Counted from the first letter of the stretch, positions 1-10,384 are shown. The stretch is DNA of 64,000 nucleotides from an uncultured bacterium (GCA_937930175.1 CALGLP010000006.1:65749-129748); one strand, 5' to 3'. The notes: generated from the letters alone by a model not told the origin. A program made the numbers and translations.

Positions 1-661
1 AGTATACATTGCTGATGCCGATAAGAAGGCGGCGAAGAAGATCAAAGCCAAAGGTATTCAGTTTGTTTATCTTGATATAACGTCAGAAGATTCTATTAAC
101 AAGGCTTTGGGTGAAGTTTATAAAAAAGCTAAAAAAATTGATGTTTTGATCAATTGCGCCTATCCCAGGACCAGCGATTGGTGTTTAAAGCTTGAAGACG
201 TACCTTTTGATTCCTGGAAAGACAATGTAAACAATCATCTGGGAGGATATTTTTTGTGCTCCAAGGTGGCGGCAGATCTGATGAAGAATAAGGCAAAGGG
301 GGTCATTATTAATTTTGCTTCTATTTACGGGGTTGTGGCTCCAGATTTTAGCATATATAAGGGCACTCACATGACCATGCCGGTTGCATATTCCGCGATC
401 AAAGGCGGCATCATTGCCTTTACGAAATACATGGCCACGTATTATGCAAAAGATAATATTCGAGCCAATGTGATCTCGCCCGGAGGCGTTTTTAATGGTC
501 AAGATAGAGCTTTCGTAAAAAAATATGCAATGAAAACACCACTTTGTAGGATGGCAAACCCCAAAGATATTGTTGGCGCGGTCATTTTTCTTTCTTCGGA
601 TGCCTCTTCATATCTTACGGGTCAAAATCTTGTTGTGGACGGTGGATGGAGTGCTTGGTAA
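1..661 (+). CDS. short-chain dehydrogenase/reductase (SDR), 5' end outside window
   Basis: The reading frame is open from position 2 and runs in from upstream. Catalytic YxxxK (YSAIKGG) and the SDR core are present. First gene of the acetamidino-sugar block, resembling PtmA-type SDRs. Confidence 0.75.
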   Translation, partial: VYIADADKKAAKKIKAKGIQFVYLDITSEDSINKALGEVYKKAKKIDVLINCAYPRTSDWCLKLEDVPFDSWKDNVNNHLGGYFLCSKVAADLMKNKAKGVIINFASIYGVVAPDFSIYKGTHMTMPVAYSAIKGGIIAFTKYMATYYAKDNIRANVISPGGVFNGQDRAFVKKYAMKTPLCRMANPKDIVGAVIFLSSDASSYLTGQNLVVDGGWSAW

Positions 662-1608
662 TGAACGTATTGCTGGTTGGTTGCGGTTCTATTGGTAAAA
701 GGCATTTGAAAAACTTGATCGATGTCCATCAGGTAAAGAAAATTTTTGTTTACTCGAAAGTTAAAGATTGCCTAAGCGGATTGAAAAAGACAAGCAAAGT
801 TTTTCGCGTGGAATCGCTTAAAGATGTTGCGGCTGATTTTGCCATTATTGCCAATGAAACGTATCAACATGTCGATACAGCGCTCTTGTTGGCAAAAAAA
901 GGTATCCATTTGTTTATTGAAAAACCGCTTTCACATGGTCGATCGCGCAAGCTCAGCGCGCTCAAAGTGATCATGCGGCGAAAAAAGATAAACATTGGCA
1001 TTGGCTATAATTTAAGATTTCTTGGCGCGATGAAATGGATCAAAACGATTTTATCAAAAGGTATTCTTGGAGATCTTTATTTTGTCAAGATCGAGGCTGG
1101 GCAGTATTTGCCTGGCTGGAGAAGCGGACGCGATTATCGATCTTCCTATAGTGCTTCCCAAAGACGAGGCGGCGGGGTAGCGTTAGATTTGTCACACGAA
1201 ATAGACTACATGCGTTATCTTTTTGGAGATCCATATTCTTTTAAAACAGTAAAAGCCAAGGTGAGTGATCTAAAGATCGACTCAGATGACATTTTTGAAG
1301 GAATTTATGTTTACGACAGGTTTCTTTGTAATGTCCATTTGGATTATTTACAGAAAAATAAAAAGCGCGTTATTCAGATTGAGGCAAGCAAGGGCTCTGT
1401 TGTTTGTGACTTGATTAGCAAAAAGATGATCATCGAGATTAGCGGTAAGAAGAAAGTGATTGCCGACCAAAAGTTTTTTGATTTGGATAAGACATATCGT
1501 GAAGAAATTTTAAGTTTTATACGATCAATGGAAAAAGGGCAAAAACCAGAAGTGACTTTTGATAATGGCTTAAAGGTTCTGGAGCTCATCGAGGCTAAGC
1601 ATGTATAA
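646..1608 (+). CDS. Gfo/Idh/MocA family NAD(P)-dependent oxidoreductase
   Basis: N-terminal Rossmann motif VLLVGCGSIGKRH and an EKPL motif. An alternative ATG at 661 overlaps the upstream stop (TAATG). Confidence 0.8.
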   Translation: MECLVMNVLLVGCGSIGKRHLKNLIDVHQVKKIFVYSKVKDCLSGLKKTSKVFRVESLKDVAADFAIIANETYQHVDTALLLAKKGIHLFIEKPLSHGRSRKLSALKVIMRRKKINIGIGYNLRFLGAMKWIKTILSKGILGDLYFVKIEAGQYLPGWRSGRDYRSSYSASQRRGGGVALDLSHEIDYMRYLFGDPYSFKTVKAKVSDLKIDSDDIFEGIYVYDRFLCNVHLDYLQKNKKRVIQIEASKGSVVCDLISKKMIIEISGKKKVIADQKFFDLDKTYREEILSFIRSMEKGQKPEVTFDNGLKVLELIEAKHV

Positions 1609-2293
1609 AGGTAAAAAAATAGTTTGTATCATTCCCACCAGAGGCGGGTCAAAGGGTTTACCTGGAAAGAACATTAAGATGTTTTCTGACAAGCCACTAA
1701 TTGCTCATACTATTGAACAAGCAAAGCGATCTGGATTGATCGACAGGGTCATTGTTTCTACAGATGATCAAAAGATCGCAACGATATCAAAAAAATATGG
1801 CGCTGAAGTTCCTTTTATAAGGCCTTTCTTTTTAGCCCAAGACAAAAGTAGCACCATGGATGTTTTATTGCACGCTGCAGATTGGCTTAAAAAAAATGGC
1901 TATTTGTTTGATGTTCTTGTTCTTTTGCACGCGACCGCTCCGCTAAGGACTCCGGAAGACATTAATAAAAGCATCAAATTATTATTTAGCAAGAATGTGT
2001 CCAATGTTTTTTCTGTGACGCAAGCGCACAGGAATCCGTATTTTAATATGGTGGAAACACGTCGGGCTAGAATCAGACTTGTCAAAGAAAGCCGTTTTGC
2101 CTCAAGGCAGCAAGCGCCCAAGGTTTATGATATGAATGCGTCCATCTACGTTTGGTGGAACGATGTTTTGATGAAGAACAAAAAGATTTTTTTAAAAAAT
2201 AGCCGTCTATATATCATGCCTAAAGAAAGATCCATTGACATTGATGATGAGCTGGATTTTAGGATAGCAGAATTTCTTAAGGAAAATCATTGA
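1601..2293 (+). CDS. acylneuraminate cytidylyltransferase family protein (CMP-nonulosonic acid synthetase-like)
   Basis: IVCIIPTRGGSKGLPGKNI N-terminal motif typical of NeuA/PseF/LegF/PtmB. 8-nt overlap with the upstream gene. Confidence 0.8.
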   Translation: MYKGKKIVCIIPTRGGSKGLPGKNIKMFSDKPLIAHTIEQAKRSGLIDRVIVSTDDQKIATISKKYGAEVPFIRPFFLAQDKSSTMDVLLHAADWLKKNGYLFDVLVLLHATAPLRTPEDINKSIKLLFSKNVSNVFSVTQAHRNPYFNMVETRRARIRLVKESRFASRQQAPKVYDMNASIYVWWNDVLMKNKKIFLKNSRLYIMPKERSIDIDDELDFRIAEFLKENH

Positions 2294-2307
2294 AGGGCAG
2301 GAGAACT

Positions 2308-3423
2308 ATGGCACAAAAAATATTTTGGTGTAAACATTGTTTAAATATGTCAACGCGGCCGAGGATCCAGTTTGACGCAAGAGGCTGGTGCAATGCGTGT
2401 CAGTGGATGGAAGAAAAAAAGAAGATGGATTGGGCGCCTCGCAAGGCAGAGCTAGCAACGTTGCTTGACAAGTATCGCTCAACATCCGGAGGCTTTGATT
2501 GTATTGTGCCTGTTAGCGGAGGGAAAGATGGTTGCAGTATTGCCTATCGATTAAGGGATCTGCACGGAATGCATCCTCTGACCGTTACGGTGCGACCTGC
2601 CCTTGAGCTATCTATTGGCAATGAAAACCTTTTGAATTTTATTAACAAGGGTTTTAACCATGTTCACGTAACTCCTGATGTTCATGCGATGAGAAAGATA
2701 AATACGTTGGGGTTTGTTGAAATGGGTTTTCCTTACTATGGGTGGCTTATTGCTATTCTTACCGCCGTGATTCGCGTGGCGATTAATTTTAATATCCCGC
2801 TTATTTTTTATGGTGAAGACGGGGAAGTTGAATACGGCGGCTCTACAGAGTCCAAGCACAAGAGTTTATTTGACATTGAATATATGAAGCGTATTTATTT
2901 TGAAGCAGGATATGAAAAAGTCTTTGCGAAGTTGGATCTCAACAAGAAGGACTGTTATTTTTTTACTTTCCCAACGTCTGAAGAGTTAGCCGGAAAAAGC
3001 CTTTATTCGACACATTGGGGTTATTTTGACCCGTGGGATTCTTATAAAAATTATCTTGTGGCCAAGGAACACTGTGGATTAAAAGAAGTGGCTTCGACCA
3101 ACGCCGGGACTTTTACAAATTTTGCGCAAAATGATCAAGCGCTTTATGCCTTGCACACCTATATGATGTATTTAAAATTTGGATTTGGAAGGGCGACGCA
3201 GGATGCCGGTATTGAGATCAGGCGCGGCGCCATGACCAGAGACCAGGCGGTTGAATTGGTACGCCTCTATGATAATTATTATCCCGAAGAGTTCGTCGAG
3301 TTATATCTCGATTATTATCAGATGACACGTAGTGCCTTTGAGGCGGTATTAGACCGATGGGTCAATAAAGATCTTTTTGAAAAAATAAACGGTAGATGGC
3401 AGCCCAAGTTTCAGGTTCAATAG
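2308..3423 (+). CDS. N-acetyl sugar amidotransferase (PP-loop ATPase, WbuX/PseA/LfnA-like)
   Basis: PP-loop SGGKDGC and an N-terminal Cys cluster (CKHC...CNAC). AGGAGA RBS 5 nt before ATG 2308. Followed by HisH and HisF homologues, the conserved triad. Confidence 0.85.
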   Translation: MAQKIFWCKHCLNMSTRPRIQFDARGWCNACQWMEEKKKMDWAPRKAELATLLDKYRSTSGGFDCIVPVSGGKDGCSIAYRLRDLHGMHPLTVTVRPALELSIGNENLLNFINKGFNHVHVTPDVHAMRKINTLGFVEMGFPYYGWLIAILTAVIRVAINFNIPLIFYGEDGEVEYGGSTESKHKSLFDIEYMKRIYFEAGYEKVFAKLDLNKKDCYFFTFPTSEELAGKSLYSTHWGYFDPWDSYKNYLVAKEHCGLKEVASTNAGTFTNFAQNDQALYALHTYMMYLKFGFGRATQDAGIEIRRGAMTRDQAVELVRLYDNYYPEEFVELYLDYYQMTRSAFEAVLDRWVNKDLFEKINGRWQPKFQVQ

Positions 3424-3432
3424 GATACTCCA

Positions 3433-4050
3433 ATGATTGTGATCGTTGATTATGGGATGGGTAATCTTTTTTCTATTCAGGCAGCTATCCATTATTTAGG
3501 CGCTGAGTCGATGATCAGCGCTGACCCTAGCGTTATTCAAAATGCGCCAAAGCTTATTTTGCCTGGTGTGGGTTCTTTTAAAAAAGCTATGATCAATTTA
3601 CAGAAAGATGATCTAGGCCGCATCATCAAAGAGTCCGTATTGAAAAGACAAACACCTATCCTTGGCATTTGCTTGGGGATGCAATTATTAGGCTTATCAA
3701 GCACGGAAGACGGCTTGAATGATGGGCTTGGATTTATTGATTCTCCCGTTGAGCGATTTGATGATAAAGCCAACAGCAATCTTAAAGTTCCGCATGTAGG
3801 GTTTGAGACAGTTTCGGTTGTACGAAAAAGCAAATTATTTGAAGGCCTAGAGCCACAAATCGATTTTTATTTTACACATAGCTATCGGATAGCGTTTAAG
3901 CAGCAGCCGTATGCCATAGGGACGTGTTTTCATGGGGAGACGTTTGTTGCTGCCTTTGAGAAGGGGAATATTTGCGGCACACAGTTTCATCCTGAAAAAA
4001 GCCAAACCAACGGCTTGGCTCTGCTGAACAATTTTATCGAGAAATTTTAA
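3433..4050 (+). CDS. hisH: imidazole glycerol phosphate synthase HisH-like glutamine amidotransferase (WbuY-type)
   Basis: MIVIVDYGMGNLFS start; catalytic Cys in GICLGMQ; class-I glutamine amidotransferase His/Glu near the C-terminus. Confidence 0.85.
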   Translation: MIVIVDYGMGNLFSIQAAIHYLGAESMISADPSVIQNAPKLILPGVGSFKKAMINLQKDDLGRIIKESVLKRQTPILGICLGMQLLGLSSTEDGLNDGLGFIDSPVERFDDKANSNLKVPHVGFETVSVVRKSKLFEGLEPQIDFYFTHSYRIAFKQQPYAIGTCFHGETFVAAFEKGNICGTQFHPEKSQTNGLALLNNFIEKF

Positions 4051-4865
4051 TGGCTAAAAAAAGATTGATCTTTACTCTTTTGTACGATGATGGCGGGTTT
4101 ATGCTGAGCCGCAATTTCAGGCTGCAGCGTGCCGGTGACATCACATGGCTCAAGAGTAATTATAATTTTAAAAAAATTGCTTTTGCAATCGATGAGTTAA
4201 TTGTTCTAGATGTCTCGCGAGGCAAAAAGAATGTAGCGAAGTTTTGCGATCATATCAAAAGTATCGGTGAAGAATGTTTTATTCCTATCGCTGCCGGTGG
4301 AGGCATTTCTTCTTGTGAGCAGGCCAAGGCCATCATGAACTCAGGGGCAGATAAACTGGTGGTCAATTCAGCCTTGCTTGACAATCCTTCGCTTGTTAAA
4401 GAATTGGTAAGCATTTACGGAAGTCAATGCATTATTGGCTCCATGGATGTTAAGCGGTGCAATGACAAGTTTGAATGTTATGTCGATAATGGTTTTAAGA
4501 AAGTCGAGCTAGGGTTTTTAGAATACATTGATCATATTGTCCATTTGGGCGTTGGCGAGATCTACCTTAATTCTATGGATAAAGATGGAACTGGCCATGG
4601 CTACATGCTTGATCTTTTGACTTTGTTAAAAGAAAAAGTAAGGATGCCCATTATTATTGCTGGAGGAGCTGGAAATTGGCATCACCTTCTAGACGGTTTA
4701 CAACAAAATATCATTGATGCTGCGGCAACAGCGAATTTGTTTAATTTTATTGGCGAGGGTTTTCCTGTTGCGCGCAAGCAGTTATTGAATAATGGTATCA
4801 ACTTAGCGCGATGGGAAGTAAAAAATTTAGATAGCTTCGAAGAACAAAGATTATTAATACCATAA
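4050..4865 (+). CDS. hisF: HisF-like cyclase subunit (WbuZ-type)
   Basis: HisA/HisF TIM-barrel motifs (DELIVLDV, IAAGGGIS, IIAGGAG). Stop of hisH-like gene overlaps this start. Confidence 0.85.
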   Translation: MAKKRLIFTLLYDDGGFMLSRNFRLQRAGDITWLKSNYNFKKIAFAIDELIVLDVSRGKKNVAKFCDHIKSIGEECFIPIAAGGGISSCEQAKAIMNSGADKLVVNSALLDNPSLVKELVSIYGSQCIIGSMDVKRCNDKFECYVDNGFKKVELGFLEYIDHIVHLGVGEIYLNSMDKDGTGHGYMLDLLTLLKEKVRMPIIIAGGAGNWHHLLDGLQQNIIDAAATANLFNFIGEGFPVARKQLLNNGINLARWEVKNLDSFEEQRLLIP

Positions 4866-4896
4866 GTAAATAAATTTTAGAAAGGAAAATAGTTAA

Positions 4897-6087
4897 ATGT
4901 CCATAAATAAAACTCCAATGATTAAGATGAAGTTGATGCGGCGTAATTGTGAATGCTGCAACAGTAATGATATGGAGTTAGTTTGGTCAAGCCAGAGCGT
5001 GGTTAGGCGCGCTACGGCAACTTGGTTGTTTTCTGTTCGGGTGGTTGTTTGTCGTCAATGCGGATTCTGTTTTGCATCTCCAAGTCCGGACCCTAAAGAG
5101 TTAAACCGTTATTATGCTGACGGTCTTTCTGGTTGCAAAAGCATAGGGTTGCCTTATTCTATTGAGAGCCGAATTCCCGTGCTCTCACGTCATTGTTCTC
5201 CGTCGGGGATATTTGTTGAGGTTGGCGGTGATTGGTCCGATGAATTTCACAAGCGTTGCGCTGGATTATTTGGAAAAATGCTTAATGTTGAAATAGCCAA
5301 AGACGCGTCAGCCGATTATCGTAGCGTTGAAGAACTCCTTCCTGGATCTGTTGACGTATTGGCGCATTATGATGTCTTAGAGCATATTTCTGATATCAAG
5401 AAGTTTTTTCATGCTTGCCGCCGAGCGTTAAAAACGCATGGTATTATGGTCTGTGAAGTGCCAGATGTCCGGCTCTATCCTCGCAATCTTTTACTTTTGG
5501 AATTTGAACATGTTAATCATTTCTCCGCCACAACGCTAGCTACCATAGCTCAGGCATGCGGGTTTAAGTTAATAGAATTAGGCCATATTTGCAGCCGTCC
5601 CTATGGATTTGTTTCGGTCTTTCGAAAGACTCAGCCCTTGGAAGGTTTTTATCCTCCCATGCCATTTGAGTATCTAGATACACTTGCTTGCGTAAAAGGG
5701 GGTATTGAACAAATAGAGCGCTTATTGGCATCCATTAAATTACTTCAAATTAAAATAAATAAATTAACAGCGCAAGGAAAAAAAATAACTTTATGGGGAG
5801 TAACAGAAATGGTGCGCCGATTTTTAGAAAATTATCGGCTTCCTGATGATGCAATCATAGTAGACTCAGATCCGCGGCGTAAACTGCATTTGGAAAAGGA
5901 AGGGGTTTTAGTTCAATTGCCTATGGATTGCCGCGATCATATTGCGCAAAGCGAGTTAGTGGTCATTTTTGTTCCACGCTATAAAACAGAGATACTGGAA
6001 TGGATAAAAAAAGAAGTGGGAAAATTATCTGATGCCGTGGAAGTCGTCGTTATGGGCGGCGGCCCAAATGGCGAATCATTGACATAA
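4897..6087 (+). CDS. SAM-dependent C-methyltransferase-like protein (Zn-ribbon + class I MTase + C-terminal Methyltransf_14-like domain)
   Basis: N-terminal CxCC...CxxCxxC zinc ribbon, methyltransferase core (DVLEHISD), and a C-terminal Rossmann-like domain as in TylCIII-type sugar C-methyltransferases. Confidence 0.6.
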   Translation: MSINKTPMIKMKLMRRNCECCNSNDMELVWSSQSVVRRATATWLFSVRVVVCRQCGFCFASPSPDPKELNRYYADGLSGCKSIGLPYSIESRIPVLSRHCSPSGIFVEVGGDWSDEFHKRCAGLFGKMLNVEIAKDASADYRSVEELLPGSVDVLAHYDVLEHISDIKKFFHACRRALKTHGIMVCEVPDVRLYPRNLLLLEFEHVNHFSATTLATIAQACGFKLIELGHICSRPYGFVSVFRKTQPLEGFYPPMPFEYLDTLACVKGGIEQIERLLASIKLLQIKINKLTAQGKKITLWGVTEMVRRFLENYRLPDDAIIVDSDPRRKLHLEKEGVLVQLPMDCRDHIAQSELVVIFVPRYKTEILEWIKKEVGKLSDAVEVVVMGGGPNGESLT

Positions 6088-6101
6088 GGAGATATTCTAC
6101 A

Positions 6102-6983
6102 ATGAAAAAACCTAAAAAACGTACTCTTAAAAATCGTTTGATTTCCGGATTAAACAGTTTGCGCTTTGTGGCGACGGAGCCTGTGCTTTTGCGCATGGCG
6201 CGGATGAAATATGAAAAATTATATGCTGATCCGCAGTCAACACCACTGGTTAGTGTCTGTGTTCCAACTTATAATAGGGGAAAATTGTTGATCGAGCGTG
6301 CCGTTGCGTCTGTTTTATCCCAAACATATAGTAACCTTGAGCTGATTGTCGTTGGGGATCATTGCACTGACAATACCGCTGAATTGATCTCACAAATTAA
6401 AGATCCTCGGCTTCGTTTCTACAACCTTCCTGCGCGTCAAAGAAGTTATCCGCAGACCGTGGAAAATCACTGGTTTGTTGGTGGAGCCGTTCCCGCTAAC
6501 AAAGCTATGGACATGGCCCGTGGCCAATGGTTGGCGCGCGTAGATGATGATGATACCTGGACACCCGATCATATCGAGGTATTGTTGCGATTTGCTCAGC
6601 AAAATCAGTATGAATTTGTATCGAGCGCCTATGTTGCAGAACGGTTTGGAAAACAAGTCGTAGTTCAAGGAGAAGTGATGAGCGCGCATCATCCTCAGAA
6701 TAATGCGCCTTTAGCTGAAAATGGTCCCAAAATAGGCGGAGTTCAAACCTGGCTTTATCGTTCGTATCTTCGTTTTATGAAATACAATGTTGATTGTTGG
6801 CAAAAGAGCTGGAATTGTGTGTGGGATGTTGATCTTGCGCAGCGCATATACAAAGCAGGAGTGCGCATTGGCTTCATTGATCAAGTCTTGGCACACGTGT
6901 TGCCACGTCCTGGAGAATCGACCATAGGGTTGGAGGCTTACAGGCTTACGGAAGAAGAAAAGTTAAAGCAATACAAGTTTTAA
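6102..6983 (+). CDS. glycosyltransferase family 2
   Basis: VSVCVPTYNRG...LELIVVGDHCTDNT and DDDD motif; strong AAGGAG RBS. Confidence 0.85.
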   Translation: MKKPKKRTLKNRLISGLNSLRFVATEPVLLRMARMKYEKLYADPQSTPLVSVCVPTYNRGKLLIERAVASVLSQTYSNLELIVVGDHCTDNTAELISQIKDPRLRFYNLPARQRSYPQTVENHWFVGGAVPANKAMDMARGQWLARVDDDDTWTPDHIEVLLRFAQQNQYEFVSSAYVAERFGKQVVVQGEVMSAHHPQNNAPLAENGPKIGGVQTWLYRSYLRFMKYNVDCWQKSWNCVWDVDLAQRIYKAGVRIGFIDQVLAHVLPRPGESTIGLEAYRLTEEEKLKQYKF

Positions 6984-7024
6984 ACCATTCTTTCAGTCAA
7001 TTTATTTTAACTTTGTGATAAAAT

Positions 7025-7741
7025 ATGGGGGGGTATATGGGAAAAACAAATAATGTTGTGATCGTTGGCGCATCATCAAGCATTGGAAGATCTGTTGTTG
7101 ATCAATTTCAACCATCATCAAAGCATATTATTGCATCCTATTTATCAAAACAGCATATGAAGCCTAAGGAGAACGTATCCTTTCTCAAGCTTGATTTAAG
7201 CATAGATAAAAGCATAGGAAGCTTTGTAAAGGAAGTCCACTCGGTCATGCCCCATCTTGACACTTTAATTTTTCTCGCAGGAATATTGCCAGGAAAGAAT
7301 CTTCGCGAGTATCAGCCAGAAGATATTGAGAAGGTAATGACTGTTAATTTTACTGGTCAAGCAAAAGTCATCAAAGGCTTGTTGCCCTTGCTTGATGCAT
7401 CGTCGCAGATCATCATGGTTTCGTCCATATCAGCTCAAAAGGGAAGTTATGATCCTATTTATTCAGCCTCGAAAGGAGCTATTTTATCTTTTGTAAAATC
7501 TCTTTCGTCTGGGTTGGGTGGAGTTCGTGTCAACGCCATAGCTCCTGGGTTGATCGAGGAGAGTACTATGGCAAGGGAAATGTCCGCATCAAGGAGAGAA
7601 TTCCATCGGCAACAAACGTCCAGCAAAGAATTATTGTCAATGTCAGACTTGGCCCAAGTTATTTTTGATGTCTCACAAAAACATTGGAAGCATATGAACG
7701 GCGCATGCATTGATTTAAATGGAGGACAATATGTCAGGTAA
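7025..7741 (+). CDS. SDR family oxidoreductase
   Basis: VVIVGASSSIGRS glycine-rich motif and YSASKGA catalytic motif. Confidence 0.8.
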   Translation: MGGYMGKTNNVVIVGASSSIGRSVVDQFQPSSKHIIASYLSKQHMKPKENVSFLKLDLSIDKSIGSFVKEVHSVMPHLDTLIFLAGILPGKNLREYQPEDIEKVMTVNFTGQAKVIKGLLPLLDASSQIIMVSSISAQKGSYDPIYSASKGAILSFVKSLSSGLGGVRVNAIAPGLIEESTMAREMSASRREFHRQQTSSKELLSMSDLAQVIFDVSQKHWKHMNGACIDLNGGQYVR

Positions 7742-8858
7742 TCATAAAAAAGTAGCTGTTGTCGGCGCAGGCGTTTTTGGCTGCAATGTCGCCTTAGCCA
7801 TTGCTCAGTCAGGCTACCAGGTGACGCTGTTTGAACGGTTGCCTGATATTGTTATGGGTACTACCAAGAATAATACAAATCGAGTTCATCAAGGGTTTCA
7901 TTATCCTCGCAATAGACATACGGCCATCGAATGCAGGGACAATTATAAAAGATTCGAAGTGGAATTTAAAGAGGCTTTGCTGGGGCATCATCCCAATATT
8001 TATTGTATCGCTCAAGAAAAATCATTAACAACAAAGGACGAGTTTATCAAATTTATTGATTCTGTCGGCCTTTCGTATTCCGCGATCGATTTAAAGAGTT
8101 TTCGCACTGAAATCAATGGCTGTAGTTTAGGTATTTTTTGCCAGGAGACGATTCTTGATTCAGATGTGCTGAGGCAAATTCTCCGTTTACGCATATTAAA
8201 CAATAAACAGGTGACATTGTCATGCAACGCTGATGTATCTATCATCAAGAAAATCGCAGATCATTATGTCTTGTCTTTTCGTGATGAAAAAAAGCCAAGC
8301 CAGTCCTTTGATGCTGTTGTTAATTGTTCCTATGCCAATATCAATACTCTGACCGAGCAGCTAGGACACGAAGTCCACGAGGAACAATACGAATATACGA
8401 TCGTTCCGATCATCAGTTTGGATTTGCCCCCAACATCGATCACGATCATGGACGGTCCGTTCATGACCCTTTTCCCTTATGGTAAAACAAATAAATTTTT
8501 GTTGTATCATGTAGAGTATTCTGTTCTTAAACGAGAAATTGCCAAAAAATTAAATCCTGATTGGCTTGACCCGCACAAAGCACCGTTTAGCAGCATGGAT
8601 CAAGTGAAATATTTTGATACCATGATCAAAGCCTGTAGCCAGTATGTTCCTGCTCTCGCCCATGCAACATTATGCGGATATCTTGAAGCGCCACGCATGG
8701 TCCTTCCGAAGCACGAGAAGGATGACGCGCGGCCATCCTTTATCAATGACTACGGTGAAGGGTATTTAACTGTTTTCTCGGGCAAGATCGATCGCAGCTT
8801 ATCCATCGCAGACTCTGTGTGCCTTAAAATAAAAAATTATTTTGCAAAAAAGAATTGA
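7731..8858 (+). CDS. FAD/NAD(P)-binding oxidoreductase
   Basis: KVAVVGAGVFGCNVALAIAQSGYQVTLFE dinucleotide-binding fold. GGAGGA RBS before ATG 7731; the ORF track gives 7719. Confidence 0.65.
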   Translation: MSGNHKKVAVVGAGVFGCNVALAIAQSGYQVTLFERLPDIVMGTTKNNTNRVHQGFHYPRNRHTAIECRDNYKRFEVEFKEALLGHHPNIYCIAQEKSLTTKDEFIKFIDSVGLSYSAIDLKSFRTEINGCSLGIFCQETILDSDVLRQILRLRILNNKQVTLSCNADVSIIKKIADHYVLSFRDEKKPSQSFDAVVNCSYANINTLTEQLGHEVHEEQYEYTIVPIISLDLPPTSITIMDGPFMTLFPYGKTNKFLLYHVEYSVLKREIAKKLNPDWLDPHKAPFSSMDQVKYFDTMIKACSQYVPALAHATLCGYLEAPRMVLPKHEKDDARPSFINDYGEGYLTVFSGKIDRSLSIADSVCLKIKNYFAKKN

Positions 8859-8864
8859 GATGAT

Positions 8865-10370
8865 ATGAATAATCCCAGGCCGACTGAAAACCGGCAGCAG
8901 ATTATCAAGAATTCCACGCGCTATTTTTTTGCAACGTTTATTGGACAAGGCGTCGGACTCATAAGATCGATCTGGATACCTATACTATTTACTCCGGCTC
9001 AGCTGGGTGTTTGGAACTTAATGAATGTTGTGGTTGGTTATGGAAGCAATATTCATTTGGGCATGTTGCACGGCATGAATAAACTCATCCCTGTATTGCG
9101 CGGGCAGGGACGCTTGGCAGAAGCTGAAGATATTAAAAATAGTGTTTTTTGGGCTAATGCCTTTTTAAGCACCGTGGGTTTTGCCTGCATCTGGAGCGCT
9201 TCTTATTTTTTACAACCAGCGTATCAAATGCCGTTAAAGGTTACAGCGGTCGTTGTTTTATTTTCTTGTTTTTTTTATTATGCTTTTTCTCTTTTGCGTG
9301 CTGATAACCGATTTAAAGTGCTCAGCGTTGGGGTAGGCGGGCTATCAATTTTGTCGACTTTTTTTGTTCTGACGCTGGCGTATTTTTTTCCGGATCGTCT
9401 TATAGGAGCTTTGATTGGATTAGCCGTGGCTTATTTCTTGGTGGTTTTATATTGGTTTTGGACTGGGCGATATGGTTATGGATTTCAAGTCAAGATAAAC
9501 GCTGTGCGCGTATCTTTTGCTGCTGGCGCGCCATTGCTTATTCTTGGTGTTTTAGACTCGCTTTTTCTTAGCATTGATCGCTTGGTTATTGTTGCTAAAT
9601 TAGATGTAACAGTGCTTGGTTATTATGCTTTGGCTATTATGGCCAGCAGTTTGATCGGCATAGTCCCGGGGTCCATTGCGAGTGTTATTTATCCTAAAAT
9701 GCTAGAGCGTTTCGGTAAGGAAGGGAGCGCAGTTGCTTTGCGTAGCCTGATGATCGGGCCAGGACGCGCTATCGCTGTTGTCATGACCCTGATCATCGGA
9801 GGCGCTGTTTTAGTTTTGCCTTTGTTTGTCCGTGTTTTTGTCCCCAAATATCTTCCTTCCGTGCCGTTATTCAATATTTTGATCCCAGCAGCTTTTTTTT
9901 ATACCACAGCGTCCATTCCAGGAAGTTTTATCATAGCTGTGAATAAGCAGAAAATGTTAATTCTCATCCAGGTTGTGGCCATTTGCTTGGCTTTCCTGTT
10001 TGATATTTTAGCTATCAAGATGGGTCTGGGGGTTGTGGGAATAGCTTGGAGCACGGCAGCAGCGTATGCTGTTTATGGCATAAGCTATGTTGCGATAGCC
10101 GTCTATTATGTTTTTGATTTGCGCTCCGATCGAGTAAATTTCTTTATTGAAGTGTACGGGTTATTTGTGGCAATGGTTTTAGGCCTGATCATCGCAAGAT
10201 GGCTTCTTCCGGCGGGTGAAACGCTAGGGAGCATGGTTGCTTTGACTGGTTTGCGCCTAATTTTGTTTTTTGTTGTTTTACTTCCTGCCTTATGGTGGTC
10301 AAACTACCGCGGCAATCTATTTGCGGTTGTGCGGGAGGTATTTCATTCATTTGTTAATAGAAAAAAGTAG
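8865..10370 (+). CDS. oligosaccharide flippase (Wzx / polysaccharide biosynthesis protein, MOP superfamily)
   Basis: About 12-14 predicted TM helices, size and composition typical of Wzx O-unit flippases, sited within the glycan locus. Confidence 0.75.
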   Translation: MNNPRPTENRQQIIKNSTRYFFATFIGQGVGLIRSIWIPILFTPAQLGVWNLMNVVVGYGSNIHLGMLHGMNKLIPVLRGQGRLAEAEDIKNSVFWANAFLSTVGFACIWSASYFLQPAYQMPLKVTAVVVLFSCFFYYAFSLLRADNRFKVLSVGVGGLSILSTFFVLTLAYFFPDRLIGALIGLAVAYFLVVLYWFWTGRYGYGFQVKINAVRVSFAAGAPLLILGVLDSLFLSIDRLVIVAKLDVTVLGYYALAIMASSLIGIVPGSIASVIYPKMLERFGKEGSAVALRSLMIGPGRAIAVVMTLIIGGAVLVLPLFVRVFVPKYLPSVPLFNILIPAAFFYTTASIPGSFIIAVNKQKMLILIQVVAICLAFLFDILAIKMGLGVVGIAWSTAAAYAVYGISYVAIAVYYVFDLRSDRVNFFIEVYGLFVAMVLGLIIARWLLPAGETLGSMVALTGLRLILFFVVLLPALWWSNYRGNLFAVVREVFHSFVNRKK

Positions 10371-10384
10371 ATCTTGAGGTTTTT

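Noticed and set aside
646-663. Choice between ATG 646 and ATG 661 for the Gfo/Idh/MocA gene start
   Set aside because: Both are in frame. 661 gives the classic TAATG stop-start overlap with a GGAG 10 nt upstream, but this cannot be settled from sequence alone. The longer ORF was kept and the alternative noted.
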